Shown here: piece after piece, positions 37,416 to 48,434 of the stretch
How positions within the stretch are numbered: position 1 is the first letter of the stretch
How the letters are laid out: every line of letters starts with the position of its first letter
Virus record (IMG/VR): IMGVR_UViG_3300031885_000017
Span: 1 to 56,227 of that record
Direction: 5' to 3' (one strand)
DNA length: 56,227 bases
Source: a virus
Taxonomy: Duplodnaviria; Caudoviricetes
The notes under the pieces: model-generated
The model's input: the letters and a program-made list of their open reading frames with translations, nothing else
Told to the model about the DNA's origin: nothing
Database searches by the model: none
Translations under genes and position numbers: made by a program

Positions 37416-38771
37416 TCATGGTTCCTCTCCTACCAGCACAGGGAGGCCCTTCGTGCTGTGTACCTCTAATCCAGGGAAGCCGTTATCCCCCCGGCCGAAT
37501 GTTGCTGTACAGCGCAACCAACCGCCGGTGGTGCCGTGGTGTGTGTCCTTCAACACAAACACGTTCATCCACGGCCCCTCCACGTCGTCCCGTTCCTGGT
37601 CGGTCTGAGCCAGTCCCAAGACAAAGTGCGCCTTCTGCGCCTTGGCAAAGGAGGCCCCCACGTGCTTGAGGCTTATCCGTGCCTTGTCCACCGCCTCCCT
37701 TGTGGCTTGGCCTGTGGTCCAGATGGGTACTTCCCGCCCCTGGGCCACCTCGCCGCGGAGAGTGGTGAAGATCTCCTTCAATTCTTCCCAGCCCTGCCGC
37801 TTCTGGCGCTCTGGGACAAGTTCATCCGCTGAGTCGAGCACCACCAGTCCGGGAGGTTGTCCCGTTTCGGCAATGTACTGATCGATGTCGTGGATGAGGT
37901 CGCGGATGGTCATCAGTCCCGTCCGCACGTCGATGTCGGCGGTCGGCGGCTCCTTCATGTGTCGCCCCTTGCTGGCCCGGAGCAACTCCGCCTGCCATAA
38001 GGTGGTGTTCAGCGCCTCGTTCCTACCCCACTTCAAGGAGCGGGCGCCTTTCTGGAGGATGCCCGTTACGGCACGGCGCAATATCTGATTGGGCGTCAAC
38101 TCGAAGGTGTAGTAGAGGACGTTCCTGTTCTTCCAGTACGCCTCCACTGCCAGAGCGACGGCCATCATGCTCTTGCCTGTGCCGGTCGGCCCCAGTATGA
38201 TCCCCAACTCTCCGGGGTGGATTCCGCCTTCCCAGAGTTTGTCCAGGTCATAGAGGCCTGTGGGGATAGCGCCACCGGAGAAGCCACGGGGAGGCTGCCC
38301 GATGAATGCGGACAACTGCACGTTGTCTTCGGCATCCGCACCACTGGAAGTCAGGGCCGTGCTCAGTTTCTCTCTGGCCTTCTCCACGTCGCCTCTATCC
38401 AGGGCGGCGCCCGCCTGCTCGACATAGGCACCGAGGGCATACTGAGCCAGCCATGCCGCGCAGACCTCACGGGCGCAGGGCAGTGTGGGGGCATCCGGAG
38501 CGTAGGTGTCCAGCTCGAAGTAGAGGCGGATGACCGCTTCCTCCGTCGCCCGTGCCTTCCGGAGCTGGGTGTACTCCACTTCGAGGGCCTGGCTCAGAAC
38601 CGAGGCCGTGACTGTGTTTCGGTAACGCGCCCACTGCCGGAGGGCGAGGTCGGCGAGGTAGCGCATGGGTCCAGGAGGAAACACGTTTGGGTCCAGGCTC
38701 TTGTGTGCCCGCAGGAAATCCTCGTCATGGAGAAGAAGATAAACCGCGCGGTAGGCCACGTCATCAGTCAT
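37416..38771 (-). CDS. dnaB: DnaB-like replicative helicase
   Basis: GPTGTGKS, YTFE, VVLDSAD, WTTGQ. Confidence 0.9.
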   Translation of the reverse strand: MTDDVAYRAVYLLLHDEDFLRAHKSLDPNVFPPGPMRYLADLALRQWARYRNTVTASVLSQALEVEYTQLRKARATEEAVIRLYFELDTYAPDAPTLPCAREVCAAWLAQYALGAYVEQAGAALDRGDVEKAREKLSTALTSSGADAEDNVQLSAFIGQPPRGFSGGAIPTGLYDLDKLWEGGIHPGELGIILGPTGTGKSMMAVALAVEAYWKNRNVLYYTFELTPNQILRRAVTGILQKGARSLKWGRNEALNTTLWQAELLRASKGRHMKEPPTADIDVRTGLMTIRDLIHDIDQYIAETGQPPGLVVLDSADELVPERQKRQGWEELKEIFTTLRGEVAQGREVPIWTTGQATREAVDKARISLKHVGASFAKAQKAHFVLGLAQTDQERDDVEGPWMNVFVLKDTHHGTTGGWLRCTATFGRGDNGFPGLEVHSTKGLPVLVGEEP

Positions 38772-39115
38772 TGCAGTGCTGTCTCCAACTCCGGTATCTT
38801 ATGGGCGAAGATCCTCATGGTGTGGGTGTAGGTTCCATCCTTCAGCGGGTCGGAGTGCCACAGCCAGAAGAACTCGGCCAGCTCCTTCAGCCGCGCCTCG
38901 CCGTGCTTGAGGAGCAGGCGCTTCGCTATCCCGGCGTCCTCGGCATCAAATGGAGGGCAGGAGGAACGGCACTCTATCCCGCGCTGGCGGAACCAGTGCA
39001 GGAACTCGCCGACTGTGTTGGCTGGCACCGCCTCACTCCCAGGGGTCGGGCTCCACTCGGATCTCCGGACGTACACGGAATACCTTTGGTTCCCGTCCGT
39101 CAGTGTCGTCCGCAT
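38768..39115 (-). CDS. Hypothetical protein (helicase-associated)
   Basis: ATGA coupled to helicase; GAAGGGAGAGAG RBS. Confidence 0.6.
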   Translation of the reverse strand: MRTTLTDGNQRYSVYVRRSEWSPTPGSEAVPANTVGEFLHWFRQRGIECRSSCPPFDAEDAGIAKRLLLKHGEARLKELAEFFWLWHSDPLKDGTYTHTMRIFAHKIPELETALQ

Positions 39116-39542
39116 CTCTCTCCCTTCGCCTTGCGTTGTGTTCCTGTAGGTGTTTGGCGCGTGTCCTCCACGCCAAGTTGGTGTCGCAGTTGTGGGCGGG
39201 GTTCAGATCATTGTGGTGGATGATCTGCCGCGGGTCTTTCCACCGAGCATCCGGCGTCGGCTGCTTCGACCACGCCGCCATCACCAGCCGTTGCACGGCA
39301 ATAAACAAGGCTTTGGGCCGCACCTTGTCGGTGTTCCGCAACCTGTCGCCGTTACCCGGCGGCATATAGACGTAGAGGTGGCCGTCCGGCCTCAGTACAG
39401 GTTTGATGATCCGGCCCGCGTAGGTGCCCTTGCCCGCCGTGTCCCGCCGCACCCTGCCCAGGTTGGAGGCAACGTAATCCGGGACGCCCGGTATCCGTTT
39501 GAACTCCTCCGGCCGTTGGCAGCAGGGGCCGAAAATAGCCAC
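39033..39542 (-). CDS. NUMOD4-HNH homing endonuclease
   Basis: FKRIPG..YVASNLGRVR; VQRLVMAAW; IHHNDLNPAHN...NL. Confidence 0.85.
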   Translation of the reverse strand: MAIFGPCCQRPEEFKRIPGVPDYVASNLGRVRRDTAGKGTYAGRIIKPVLRPDGHLYVYMPPGNGDRLRNTDKVRPKALFIAVQRLVMAAWSKQPTPDARWKDPRQIIHHNDLNPAHNCDTNLAWRTRAKHLQEHNARRRERDADDTDGREPKVFRVRPEIRVEPDPWE

Positions 39543-39970
39543 TACCTATTTCCTTGCTGTAGTGTCTTCTCCACCGCCTCTGCGATAGTCTGTGCCCGCT
39601 GGTCGGCAGCAATCTTAATGGCGTGCCCCTCATCCTTGGCCAGGACGCAGATCCCGAATCGCCCGTCAGGACAGAACGGATATTGGTCCGGGCTGCTAAG
39701 GTCGGTGGCCTCTCCGAACTCTATTTGTTCGGCCGATCCGAGGTCGCCATTGGGGGCGAACCACACACTATACCGCCGGTAGCCGCGGGCAAGGGGGGCA
39801 GCTAGAACATCCAGCGGCCACTCTTCTACTTCAGGAGGATCGCCCCGTATATTGGGTGGGGCGGCGGCACAGTGGGCATCCGCCCGCTTGCGGGTACTGT
39901 AGGCTGCCTCAATGTGGTAGGACGAGTAACTCCCGGAGGTGACGATGTAGACGATTCTCTGTGCAGCCAT
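39542..39970 (-). CDS. Hypothetical protein, first gene of replication operon
   Basis: VYIVTSGSYSSYHIEAAYST motif common in phage small proteins. Confidence 0.65.
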   Translation of the reverse strand: MAAQRIVYIVTSGSYSSYHIEAAYSTRKRADAHCAAAPPNIRGDPPEVEEWPLDVLAAPLARGYRRYSVWFAPNGDLGSAEQIEFGEATDLSSPDQYPFCPDGRFGICVLAKDEGHAIKIAADQRAQTIAEAVEKTLQQGNR

Positions 39971-40026
39971 CTTCCCCCTTTATTTAGGTGTGATGTACTT
40001 TACTCAAGAGACCTATGCCCAAACCA

Positions 40027-40216
40027 CTAGCATTAGTAGGGAGGCGCCCCCTACGCGTGCCATTCTAAGCCTAGCGTTATTAGGGGCTGAAGCTGGACTC
40101 TAAGGGATGACCCCTTCTCCTCGGTTCTAGTCTACCTCTATTAGGATGACCTGTCAATCCCTAATAAAGCAAAAGTGCGGCTTCGGAAAGGCTAACCATT
40201 GTGATCATTATTAGGG
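40027..40216. promoter_or_regulatory. Operator-like motif cluster (5 copies)
   Basis: Consensus CTAGCNYTATTAGGR at 40027, 40071, 40132, 40159(-), 40202. Confidence 0.7.
40129..40157 (-). promoter_or_regulatory. Sigma70-type promoter of replication operon
   Basis: TTGACA-17-TAGACT. Confidence 0.75.
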
Positions 40217-41132
40217 ATGCCCCCCGCCGTCAGCGGCAGGGATGGCCTAGCGGGCCTCCTCGCCTACTTCGGTCTCTGGTCCCACTGACGGCTCAAAGAA
40301 GTCGATTAGTGCCATGCCAACACCCGGCCAGTCAGCGAAGACCAGTACGCGGCGCGGTCTGAGTAACCCGCCCCCAGCATCGTCTAGTTCCTCAACCGAG
40401 TAGCCATTAGCGACCTGAACGACTACCGCCACCCGACTTACAGGCAATAACATCTTTCTCACTCCTTCTCCCCTTCAGCGGGGGACAGCAGGGCCGCGAG
40501 GCGGGCAGCCACTTCTTCCCAGTGGGCTTCGGTTCCGCCCTGCCCGTGCGCCAAGCCGTAGGCGTCGTCGAGCACCGCATGGCCGAAGGCGAGGGCGGCG
40601 GCCACATCGTCATGGCAGGTATGTGGTGTTCCGGCACGAGCAGCCATTTGTGTTATCAGGCCATCCCCACAGCGGGGGCAATGACTCTGAGCAACGCGCT
40701 TGACGTTGGCTACTGTGTCCTCAATCGTCATGGCTGGCCTCCTATAAACTGAGCTACTTTCGCTTTATAGCGGAGAACGGCGACGGCAATCCGCACTTTC
40801 GCTAGTGCTAGTGCGCCTTCATACGGAATCAACGGCTTCCACCCTCCGGGGGCTCCGCAGTCTGCGGAGCGAGCAGGGCACGTACCATTGCCTTCCAGTC
40901 CACCCAGCCCAGATGGTTCACGACGATGCCCATCTGTACCGGCCAAGCTATGAGCTTCTCCAACGCCCCCACCCGCTGCTCCGCCGCCGCGAGGTCGGCA
41001 AGGAGGGCAAGGACATGAACCCGTGCCTGAATGAGACGAGCGGGCGTCACAGGTTGGGTGCCGTGTTCCCAGTAGGCCCCAATCGCCTCCCGTTCCTCAG
41101 CCGTCATCCGTACCCGGTCGCCTACCTTCAGG

Positions 41133-41390
41133 TCAGGAGTAGACATCGCCGTTCTCCTTGATCTTCATGTCCTCATACGGGGCCACCATACGCCTGTAGA
41201 GTTCCTGCTTGATGCACTCCAAGGCTCCGATGGCCTCATTGAAGTCCCGGTAGTGGGGGTGCGGTCCTAGGAAGGATAGGATCATGCTCGTGATGTTGAA
41301 GTTCAGTTGTCCTACCGTAACAGCCGCAACCCCCAGGCGCCGGGCTGGGGTGCCGAATGGCTCTCGCTCTTCGTGTGGAATATAAGGCAT
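41133..41390 (-). CDS. Conserved phage protein (DUF6899-like)
   Basis: MPYI..GQLNF.IT..GALECIKQELYRRMVAPYEDMKIKENGDV. Confidence 0.75.
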   Translation of the reverse strand: MPYIPHEEREPFGTPARRLGVAAVTVGQLNFNITSMILSFLGPHPHYRDFNEAIGALECIKQELYRRMVAPYEDMKIKENGDVYS

Positions 41391-41567
41391 GGTCTTCTCC
41401 TCCTATCGCTTCCAGAAGCGTACCTTGAAGTACAGAACCCAATGATCGGTTAGGTTGATGCCTAGGTATCGGGAATCGCCGGTCCAGAAAATGTGGCCAC
41501 GGTCCTTCCTTCGTGGGGGCATGTACCTGGCGAGCACAATCCAATTCTGGTGAAGCATCTCCCCCTC

Positions 41568-41774
41568 CTATCGTATGATGATGTGGGCCGGGCTGGACGG
41601 AACCGGGATGCGCCTGGCCGGGGCCCGGCACGGCGCCACCAGTGGACGTTCGAGATCCGGCGGCCCGGCTACAACCAGCTTGCCGGGGCACGACTGATAT
41701 TCGTCCATCTGAGCGATGGGTACGATCTTGTCGAACTTGTGGCCGCGTGGACACTCGTACTCGAAGATGGGCAT
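41568..41774 (-). CDS. FmdB-family Zn-ribbon protein
   Basis: MPIFEYECPRGHKFD..CP. Confidence 0.75.
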   Translation of the reverse strand: MPIFEYECPRGHKFDKIVPIAQMDEYQSCPGKLVVAGPPDLERPLVAPCRAPARRIPVPSSPAHIIIR

Positions 41775-41930
41775 GGCTATTCCTCTATAGCCTCTTCTTG
41801 GCGGTGCGACACTCGCACCGGGGACACCATTCTGTACCGTCCGCCAAGGTGCCCACCTTAACTGCGAGGGCCCCCGACCAACCGCAGTTCACGCAGTCGT
41901 AGCGGATCTCATAGAAAGAATCGTATGCAG

Positions 41931-42494
41931 TCAACTTGTCTTCTCTCCCTTTGGCCAGACCCGGATGCCGGTGGCCATGTCCGAATAGATCGGGGTGGTG
42001 TACCAGACCATCCAGGCACAGGTCACGGAATCTGTGTGTCCATCGCCGGTGAAGCTCATCCTGGGTAACACGATGATCAGGTCCGGCGGGTGCTCCGCCA
42101 GCCATGCCCCGCGCTCATAGGTGGGCTCCAGGAACGATAGCCTGAGCAGCAGGGCAACGCCCCCATGCGCCAGGGGAAGCATCTGCTTCAGGATCTCGAA
42201 TGCCTTGGAGAATGGCGGGTTAGTTACAACCCAGTCGAAGCCACCCTTCTGAGCATTCAGCCACACCGCCGCCGACTCGCTGGCTATGTCTAGGTGGTAG
42301 TGGGCGTCCACCTCCTGGTCGATGTCGTTGGTGGTGATCAGGTGACGCCCCCAGCCATCCTTCATGGCCTCAATCAGGTTCCCTTTCCCAACGCACGGCT
42401 CGAAGATATGGCCACCGACTGGCACGAGCCCAAAGAGCGCATCGATGGCGGTCTGCGCTTGGAGTGTGTAGTAGGTGTCGTTGTCTCTACGCAT
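41931..42494 (-). CDS. DNA amino-methyltransferase (N6-A/N4-C), orphan
   Basis: FEPCVGKG (motif I), TNPPF (motif IV), LLRLSFLE. Confidence 0.85.
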   Translation of the reverse strand: MRRDNDTYYTLQAQTAIDALFGLVPVGGHIFEPCVGKGNLIEAMKDGWGRHLITTNDIDQEVDAHYHLDIASESAAVWLNAQKGGFDWVVTNPPFSKAFEILKQMLPLAHGGVALLLRLSFLEPTYERGAWLAEHPPDLIIVLPRMSFTGDGHTDSVTCAWMVWYTTPIYSDMATGIRVWPKGEKTS

Positions 42495-42796
42495 GGAACG
42501 TCAACGTGCTCCCCATCGCCCGCTTACCGCAGACCGGGCACTCATAGACTGTGGTGCCCGCGATCCGGCGGTAGGGGTGGTTCGGGCCCCACAGGAAATA
42601 GCACCAGAGGCGCCGGAGTACGCGGTGTAAGGCCCCTCTCATTGATACCCCCTCCGGTTCTGCCGGTCCCGCTTCCGCCACTGGCGCATCTGGCGGCGGG
42701 CTCGGTAGATATGATCCTGCTCCGCCTGCGACAGGTCCGGCCAGCAAATGAGCATCGGCGATGAGAGGATGCTACGAAGGGTATGCAGCTTCACGT

Positions 42797-43135
42797 TTAA
42801 ACGCCCTCCGGCTCCTCGTCACACTGCTGTATTTCACTGAGCTTTTCCAACAGGGTGTGCGCCAAGAGAACCTGCCACCGGAAGTCACCGGCAAGCGCTA
42901 TGAGGGAGCTGGCCTTTGCTCCGTTTGGCACCGTCACCTGGGCGCCCTCCTCCATCATAATCCCGAACACCACCCCGGCTACCTTCGCAGGGTGCGTCAG
43001 GGCCTCGGTGAGAGCGGCCTGGATGTGCTCCATCGCCCGTTGTTCATCGATACCTTTGTCGTCCAGAGGGATGTGCGTCTTGGCCTCGTGGTACACCATC
43101 CCCTTGTCGCCGCCACCGTTGCCTACGTTAGCCAC
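42797..43135 (-). CDS. Hypothetical protein
   Basis: ORF with RBS GAGGAG. Confidence 0.5.
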   Translation of the reverse strand: MANVGNGGGDKGMVYHEAKTHIPLDDKGIDEQRAMEHIQAALTEALTHPAKVAGVVFGIMMEEGAQVTVPNGAKASSLIALAGDFRWQVLLAHTLLEKLSEIQQCDEEPEGV

Positions 43136-44592
43136 TGTTCAATCTCCTCCGGCCGCACTTCGGCCGTCGTGTAGGCCTTCTCCTTTTTATAGGTGCGGAG
43201 GCGCGACCGATATTGCCTCCCCAGGTAGAATCCGGTGTCGGCAAAGTCGAAGACCATCAGTCTGTCCTTTCCCGGCGCCGTCCGCATACCTCTCCCGATC
43301 CGCTGAATCTGACGGTGGGGAGCCCGGCCGCCACCGGCCAGGATCAGGTGTTCGATGTTGTAGATGTCTAGGCCCTCGTCGGCTATTACCGAAGCTACGA
43401 CGCAATCTAGGCGCCCCTGCCTCATGTCCCCCCAAATGTCCACACGTTTGTCGCCGGGCGTGGAGCCGGATGCAAAAGGGACTCCGAGAGTATCGGCCAG
43501 CAGTTGCCCGTGCTCAATCCTCTCCACGAGGATGAGCGTTGGGCCTAACTTACGGAGGGCCTGGGTGATGAGAATGATCGTATCATTGCGGCCCCTATGT
43601 TTCGTGATGCCGGTTTCGTAGGCGGTCTGGTAATCGAAGTCGATGGCCTTCCGTCCGGGCAGGGGGCCAATTAGGAATACATCCGCAGGTACAAGGCGCC
43701 CAGCCTCTATCCCCTTCTCACTGGGCAGGTGTGACACCACCGGCCCGGTCCACCCCACCACGGTCAGGTAGGTGCCTTTGTCCCCGCTCTTCGTGGGCGT
43801 GGCTGAGTAGCCAAAGCGGTAGTACGCATTGGGGAGGTGCTGCATCACGTACCCATAGGTCTCCGCCTCGACATGGTGAACCTCATCCACATGGACAGCT
43901 TGGAATTGTTGGAGCCAAGCCGCCGTTTCTCTCGCCTTCTCCTTCAACTCCGCAATCCTATCCGGTGGTTCTCTGCCAGCAGCGGCAATAATGGCGCCCT
44001 TGAGCCGTGTGTAGATGGTCTGGAACGTGGCGACGGTCAGCCCCTCTCCCTCTTCCCACCGGCCGTCGCCAACGATCCCAGCCTTGATCTTGTAGATGTC
44101 CCGCGCCCGCTCTGCGAGCTGGTAGAGCAAGTCCTTCCTGTGGACCAGCGCAATCGCAGGCACCCCCAGCCTCTTCACTATCTCCAGGAGCACATGGGTC
44201 TTGCCTGACCCAACAGGATGGTGGACAATGCCCCGGCCCGCAGCGCAGGCCGCAGTCACCGCCTGCTCCTGGTAGCCCTTGAGCTTGAGGGTGGGCTCCT
44301 CGGTAAACAGACCCCCATTGCTCGCCGGGCGGATGCGCCGGTCTTCAATACTGGCCTGGATGTCGCTGACCTTTAGGGCCTCTACCACGTGGGCCACCAG
44401 CCCGGCGGGGAACCGGCCATCCTTCTTGACTAGGCAGATGTCTCCTGACCAGTAACCAAGGCGATACGCACTCGTGTAAACGTAGCCCTTTGGCCTATAG
44501 GTGAGGGCATCCCGGACTAGCGCCTGGACTCCCGGCGTGTCGCTTTTGGCGACGGCCCAGAGGTTGTCCTTGATGACGATGGTGCAGTCCAC
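43123..44592 (-). CDS. SF2 helicase (UvsW/Res-III-like)
   Basis: PVGSGKT, DEVHH, SATP, EGLD, QRIGRGMR; start inferred at GTG 44592. Confidence 0.92.
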   Translation of the reverse strand: MDCTIVIKDNLWAVAKSDTPGVQALVRDALTYRPKGYVYTSAYRLGYWSGDICLVKKDGRFPAGLVAHVVEALKVSDIQASIEDRRIRPASNGGLFTEEPTLKLKGYQEQAVTAACAAGRGIVHHPVGSGKTHVLLEIVKRLGVPAIALVHRKDLLYQLAERARDIYKIKAGIVGDGRWEEGEGLTVATFQTIYTRLKGAIIAAAGREPPDRIAELKEKARETAAWLQQFQAVHVDEVHHVEAETYGYVMQHLPNAYYRFGYSATPTKSGDKGTYLTVVGWTGPVVSHLPSEKGIEAGRLVPADVFLIGPLPGRKAIDFDYQTAYETGITKHRGRNDTIILITQALRKLGPTLILVERIEHGQLLADTLGVPFASGSTPGDKRVDIWGDMRQGRLDCVVASVIADEGLDIYNIEHLILAGGGRAPHRQIQRIGRGMRTAPGKDRLMVFDFADTGFYLGRQYRSRLRTYKKEKAYTTAEVRPEEIEQWLT

Positions 44593-44681
44593 TACCTGCG
44601 CCAAGCCTCGATGCAGGATTCTATGATGAAGCCACTGACGATCAGCAGTCCCATGATTTCCCAGAATAAATGGGCGTCCAT

Positions 44682-44849
44682 TTAGTCCTCCTCCTCCGCT
44701 ATCACGATGCAGCCCACCTCTTCCAGCGCCGTGAGTGCCCGCCAGATGGCGGTCTTGCTCGCGTGGAGGGTGGCCTTCAACTCGTCCATCGTCCAGTTGC
44801 GGCAGGGTCCGGCCAGCAGCCGGAGTAGCCGCGCTTCTAGGGGCTCCAT
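44682..44849 (-). CDS. Winged HTH protein
   Basis: TMDELKATLHASKTAIWRALTALEEVGCI. Confidence 0.75.
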   Translation of the reverse strand: MEPLEARLLRLLAGPCRNWTMDELKATLHASKTAIWRALTALEEVGCIVIAEEED

Positions 44850-44955
44850 ACGATCCCACCAAACCAGACCTGGCTCACCAGCATCCAGACCCATGTGCCG
44901 ATGGCAGCTCCGACCACGAGGCAAGCTAGGACTAGGCCGATGATCTCCTCTTGCT

Positions 44956-45387
44956 TCACAGCAGCCACCTTTCGGCCCAACTCAATTCGGCAAGGGTGAG
45001 GTTGCTAGGGTCAAGGTAGTACCACGCGCATACCCAGGCGGCGTCTTCAAGTGGACTCTCCCTGACCGGCTCTCCGAGTTTCAGGTAGTCTTGGCCTTCC
45101 GCCGTCAGATACCAAGTCCGCAATGTGTTGTCCGGTTCCTTGTGAAGACCCTCAAGTACGACCTGGTGCTGGTGGGCATGGCAAAGCTCATGGGCCAGCA
45201 CAGCCACGGGCGCATCCGGGGAGAGTAGGATTGTCCTGGTCTCTGCGTTGTAGCCATTGGTTCCGGCGCCCATGCAGTCGCCGTTCGCTAGGCACCCATT
45301 GGGGTCTACGCGGATAACCAGGCCGGGGAGGAAACAGCCGGTCAGGAGCAGAGGGAGTAGGGCCAGGAGCCCGCGCAGGCATGTCAT
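44956..45387 (-). CDS. Lipoprotein with HExxH motif
   Basis: Lipobox LLTGC; VLAHELCHAHQ; LED. Confidence 0.65.
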   Translation of the reverse strand: MTCLRGLLALLPLLLTGCFLPGLVIRVDPNGCLANGDCMGAGTNGYNAETRTILLSPDAPVAVLAHELCHAHQHQVVLEGLHKEPDNTLRTWYLTAEGQDYLKLGEPVRESPLEDAAWVCAWYYLDPSNLTLAELSWAERWLL

Positions 45388-45519
45388 AGCGTTGCCCCCA
45401 TGAGCGACGGCTCCTTGCACCTGCGCCCTCCGACCGGCCGGGTCGTTATCAGCGGCAGGGTGCTAATCACATCCAACACCCAGCCACAGCACAGGCAGGT
45501 CCACGTCTCGCCCCAGCGG

Positions 45520-45837
45520 TCACGGTCGTACCAGAAGTTCTCTTCCCCTTCTCGGCCGCAGTGTCCGCACTGGCTGGGCCTGGACTTCATGGCCGCCTTC
45601 GATGGTCTGTAGGCTCCTATGCGGGGCATGGCGGGGTCTCTCTCCCTTCAGCCGGTAGGCTGTCAGAATCGTCTCGTCTCTAACGACGACGGCCAGCCCA
45701 CCGCGGCAAAGCACTAGCTTCCCGTCCGGCCGCTGGCCGCTCCACTCAGGGTCTTCGACTACGGCATCCGCCTCGCCGGGTAAGATGTCGTGGTCAGCCA
45801 TTCTCGAAAAAGCGTGGGCGCTAATACGGAGTCCCGT
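45520..45837 (-). CDS. DUF4258/BrnT-like RNase-fold protein
   Basis: ISAHAFSRM..I..V..P..VVV..ILTAY; inferred ACG start. Confidence 0.6.
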   Translation of the reverse strand, partial: TGLRISAHAFSRMADHDILPGEADAVVEDPEWSGQRPDGKLVLCRGGLAVVVRDETILTAYRLKGERPRHAPHRSLQTIEGGHEVQAQPVRTLRPRRGRELLVRP

Positions 45838-45901
45838 GGCCCTCTCCCTTCAAGTGGCAGTGGAGGCTGCTTGTCACCCGCCTCGCCGGTCGGGTGGGCA
45901 G

Positions 45902-46126
45902 TTAGTCCTCCACTCTAAGGAAATTATACGTCTCAGGGTGGGTTCTGATCAAGCGATGGAAAGCCGATCCTACCGAATCGGCTCCGATCAGCGCCGCGTG
46001 GGTCTCCGGCTCGACGTTCAAGTAGTCGTAAGTTGCCCCGCTCTTGAACGTCACCCGGAGCCTCTTGTCCTCGGCGTCGTAGCCGATGGCTGCGATGTTG
46101 GAGGATTCAACTGCTTTCATGTCCAT
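45902..46126 (-). CDS. KTSC domain protein
   Basis: VESSNIAAIGYD..L.VTFKSGATYDYLNV..ADSVG. Confidence 0.92.
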   Translation of the reverse strand: MDMKAVESSNIAAIGYDAEDKRLRVTFKSGATYDYLNVEPETHAALIGADSVGSAFHRLIRTHPETYNFLRVED

Positions 46127-48434
46127 CGTTGCTCTCTCCCTTCCTGCTGAATCCCCGCCGGTCACTTGCCGACAGTCCCCGCCGTCGGGCAACGCGGGCG
46201 GGCTTCTCATGCTGCGCTATCGGGTGGCTCATGCGCCCGTATTCCTTAGTCCCCGGTTTGGTCTTCAATCTCTGCCTTCTTCTTTGCCAGGTGCCAGCCG
46301 CCACAGGACAGACACTCGACCTGTAACCCATCAGTACCGCACCGGGCGCCAGCTAAGTCTCTCCCGGTTCCGCCACAGTCGGCACAACAGAGCGGCGGGC
46401 GCGGCCCGATGTTGATGGTTGGGTTCGCCGGTTTTGCCTGCCGGGGCACCGGCTTGACCTGCCAGGGCGCGGTGTCGTACTCCACTTCTCGGACGCGACT
46501 GATTCCTGTTCGGTATCGAACTGGGTCGGTGCTCCGTAGGTGGTGGCCACCACCGCCAGTTGACGTTCGGGGAGGGATGCCCCTAAGCATTGGCCCCCTT
46601 CTCCTTTTGGTAGCGTCTCACTTTCAGGATGGCCCGGCGGTGGGGCCAGCATCGGTCGCAGAACAGGAGGCCGCCGGGTTCGTTCGGGTAGCGGTAGACT
46701 AGACGCAGCCCGCCTGGGCACCGGCGGCTCCTGCCCTGGCAGAAGTCTATGATCCCCTCACCCTTGCCGTTCTCGGTCACTCCGGATCCTCAACAAGCTC
46801 GTCTCCAACCAGTTGCAAGGCCGATATGATCTCTTCAGCCTTAATGGTCTCGGAGGCGGTGGTGACGGCCTCTAGGTAGGCTTCGGGGTCGTCTGCCACG
46901 TCGATGGCAAGGCCTTCGACCTCAACCTCTACCTCAGCGTGATAGGTCAATCTGATCTTCATGTCTCTCCTCTCACGCCCAGAGCCCGTAGGCTTCGAGC
47001 CAGTCCCAATGCCAGAAGAACGTGAGTCCGCCCCGGTGCTGGTTCAGCATCGCCTCACCACATGGGATGCAGACCCGCGCCCCGTAGTATCGGACCTCGT
47101 TCGGGCCGACGTGCGGTGAGCCGCAGAGGTAGCACTTCACCCCTGATCCTCCTCCGTCTTGATGAAGTCCAGGGCCATCCGCTCCCCGGCGGTCGCCTTC
47201 CGCACCCGTGTCTTGTTGGTGCGGAGTTCCAGGTCGGCGGCCACCATCTCTATGTTGTCGGCGATGGCTTCCGCTTGCCCTGGGGTGTCTGCCTCGACGT
47301 AGCAGGTCTCCTCCCACACGTAGGTTACGACGTACTTGGTCACGACTTGGCCTCCTCTTTATCCTCCGGCTGCAACACGTCGATGTGGTGGCCCTCGAAG
47401 ATGGCGACGGCCAACCCCTCCTCCCTATCCTGGGCATAGGTGATTGAGGCGGCAATGGCCCCCGCTATACAGGTTGCCTCCACCCAATCGACCGCTGACT
47501 GCTTGTCTTCCCAGACTGTAACGACTGTGTACTTCATGTCCCTCGTTCCCTTCTGCCCTTGCGGGCCGCTATATCCCGACAGAATGGGCAGATGTCGGCG
47601 TATGCTTCCGGCGGCCCCATGTGGGCCACCTCGTAGTAGTGGGCTAGGGCCTGTTTCACTTCTTCGACGTTCCGGGCGTTGGCTGGTCGATAGTCGCCGG
47701 TGGAGATTCTGTAGCCGTTGCCCCGGTGGTAGACTTTGAACATCACTTGACCTCCAATCCGGCGGCCTCCATGCCGTCTACGATGTCCTGGACGTAGCGG
47801 CGCTCTGCTACCACGGTCGGGTAGTAGGGCCGATAGCCGTTGTCTTTGCCGATGTGCTGGTCTATCCAGTTGCGCCCGGCCTGGGTTGCGGGTGCCAGCA
47901 GGAAGACGCTCCCGCCGCCCGTAACATTAATGTCTGCCGTTTTTCCGGTCATGCTCTGCCCCTTCCTCCCACCGCCCGCCCGCTGTTGAAGGCCTCTGCC
48001 CCGTCGCCGATGTCGGCTTGCAGCCTTCCCTTCAGGTCATTCAGGCGGGCGATTGCCTGCTCTACGTTCCGGTTGTGATTGATCGCTTCGTCTTCACACG
48101 CCCTGTTGAGCTGACTGAGTGCCGAGTCAACAAAGCGCAGAAGCTCACGCGCCCTCGTTAGACCCACGTCTTGGCCTCCTCTATCGCCGTCTTCGCCAGT
48201 CCTGCCGCCCGCTGTATGGCCTCCTGTACGTCAACAGAGAGGCCCTTCCAGGATCGCAAGTAGGGCAATGCTGCTTCGAGCGCCGCCAGGAGTTTGGTGT
48301 TGCGATCCCGTAGACGATCCCGTTCCTCTTCGATTGTGACTGGCCCCTTGATCAGTCCACCCATAACTTACCTCCCTTCTGTTTCAGATTCTGGCGCTGC
48401 CACGTCCTGGGATGTGTTTGGGGCCATCCTGGGT

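Noticed and set aside
44593-44862. N-terminal extension of the SF2 helicase in the ORF track
   Set aside because: Region is better explained by a wHTH gene and a short membrane ORF in other frames
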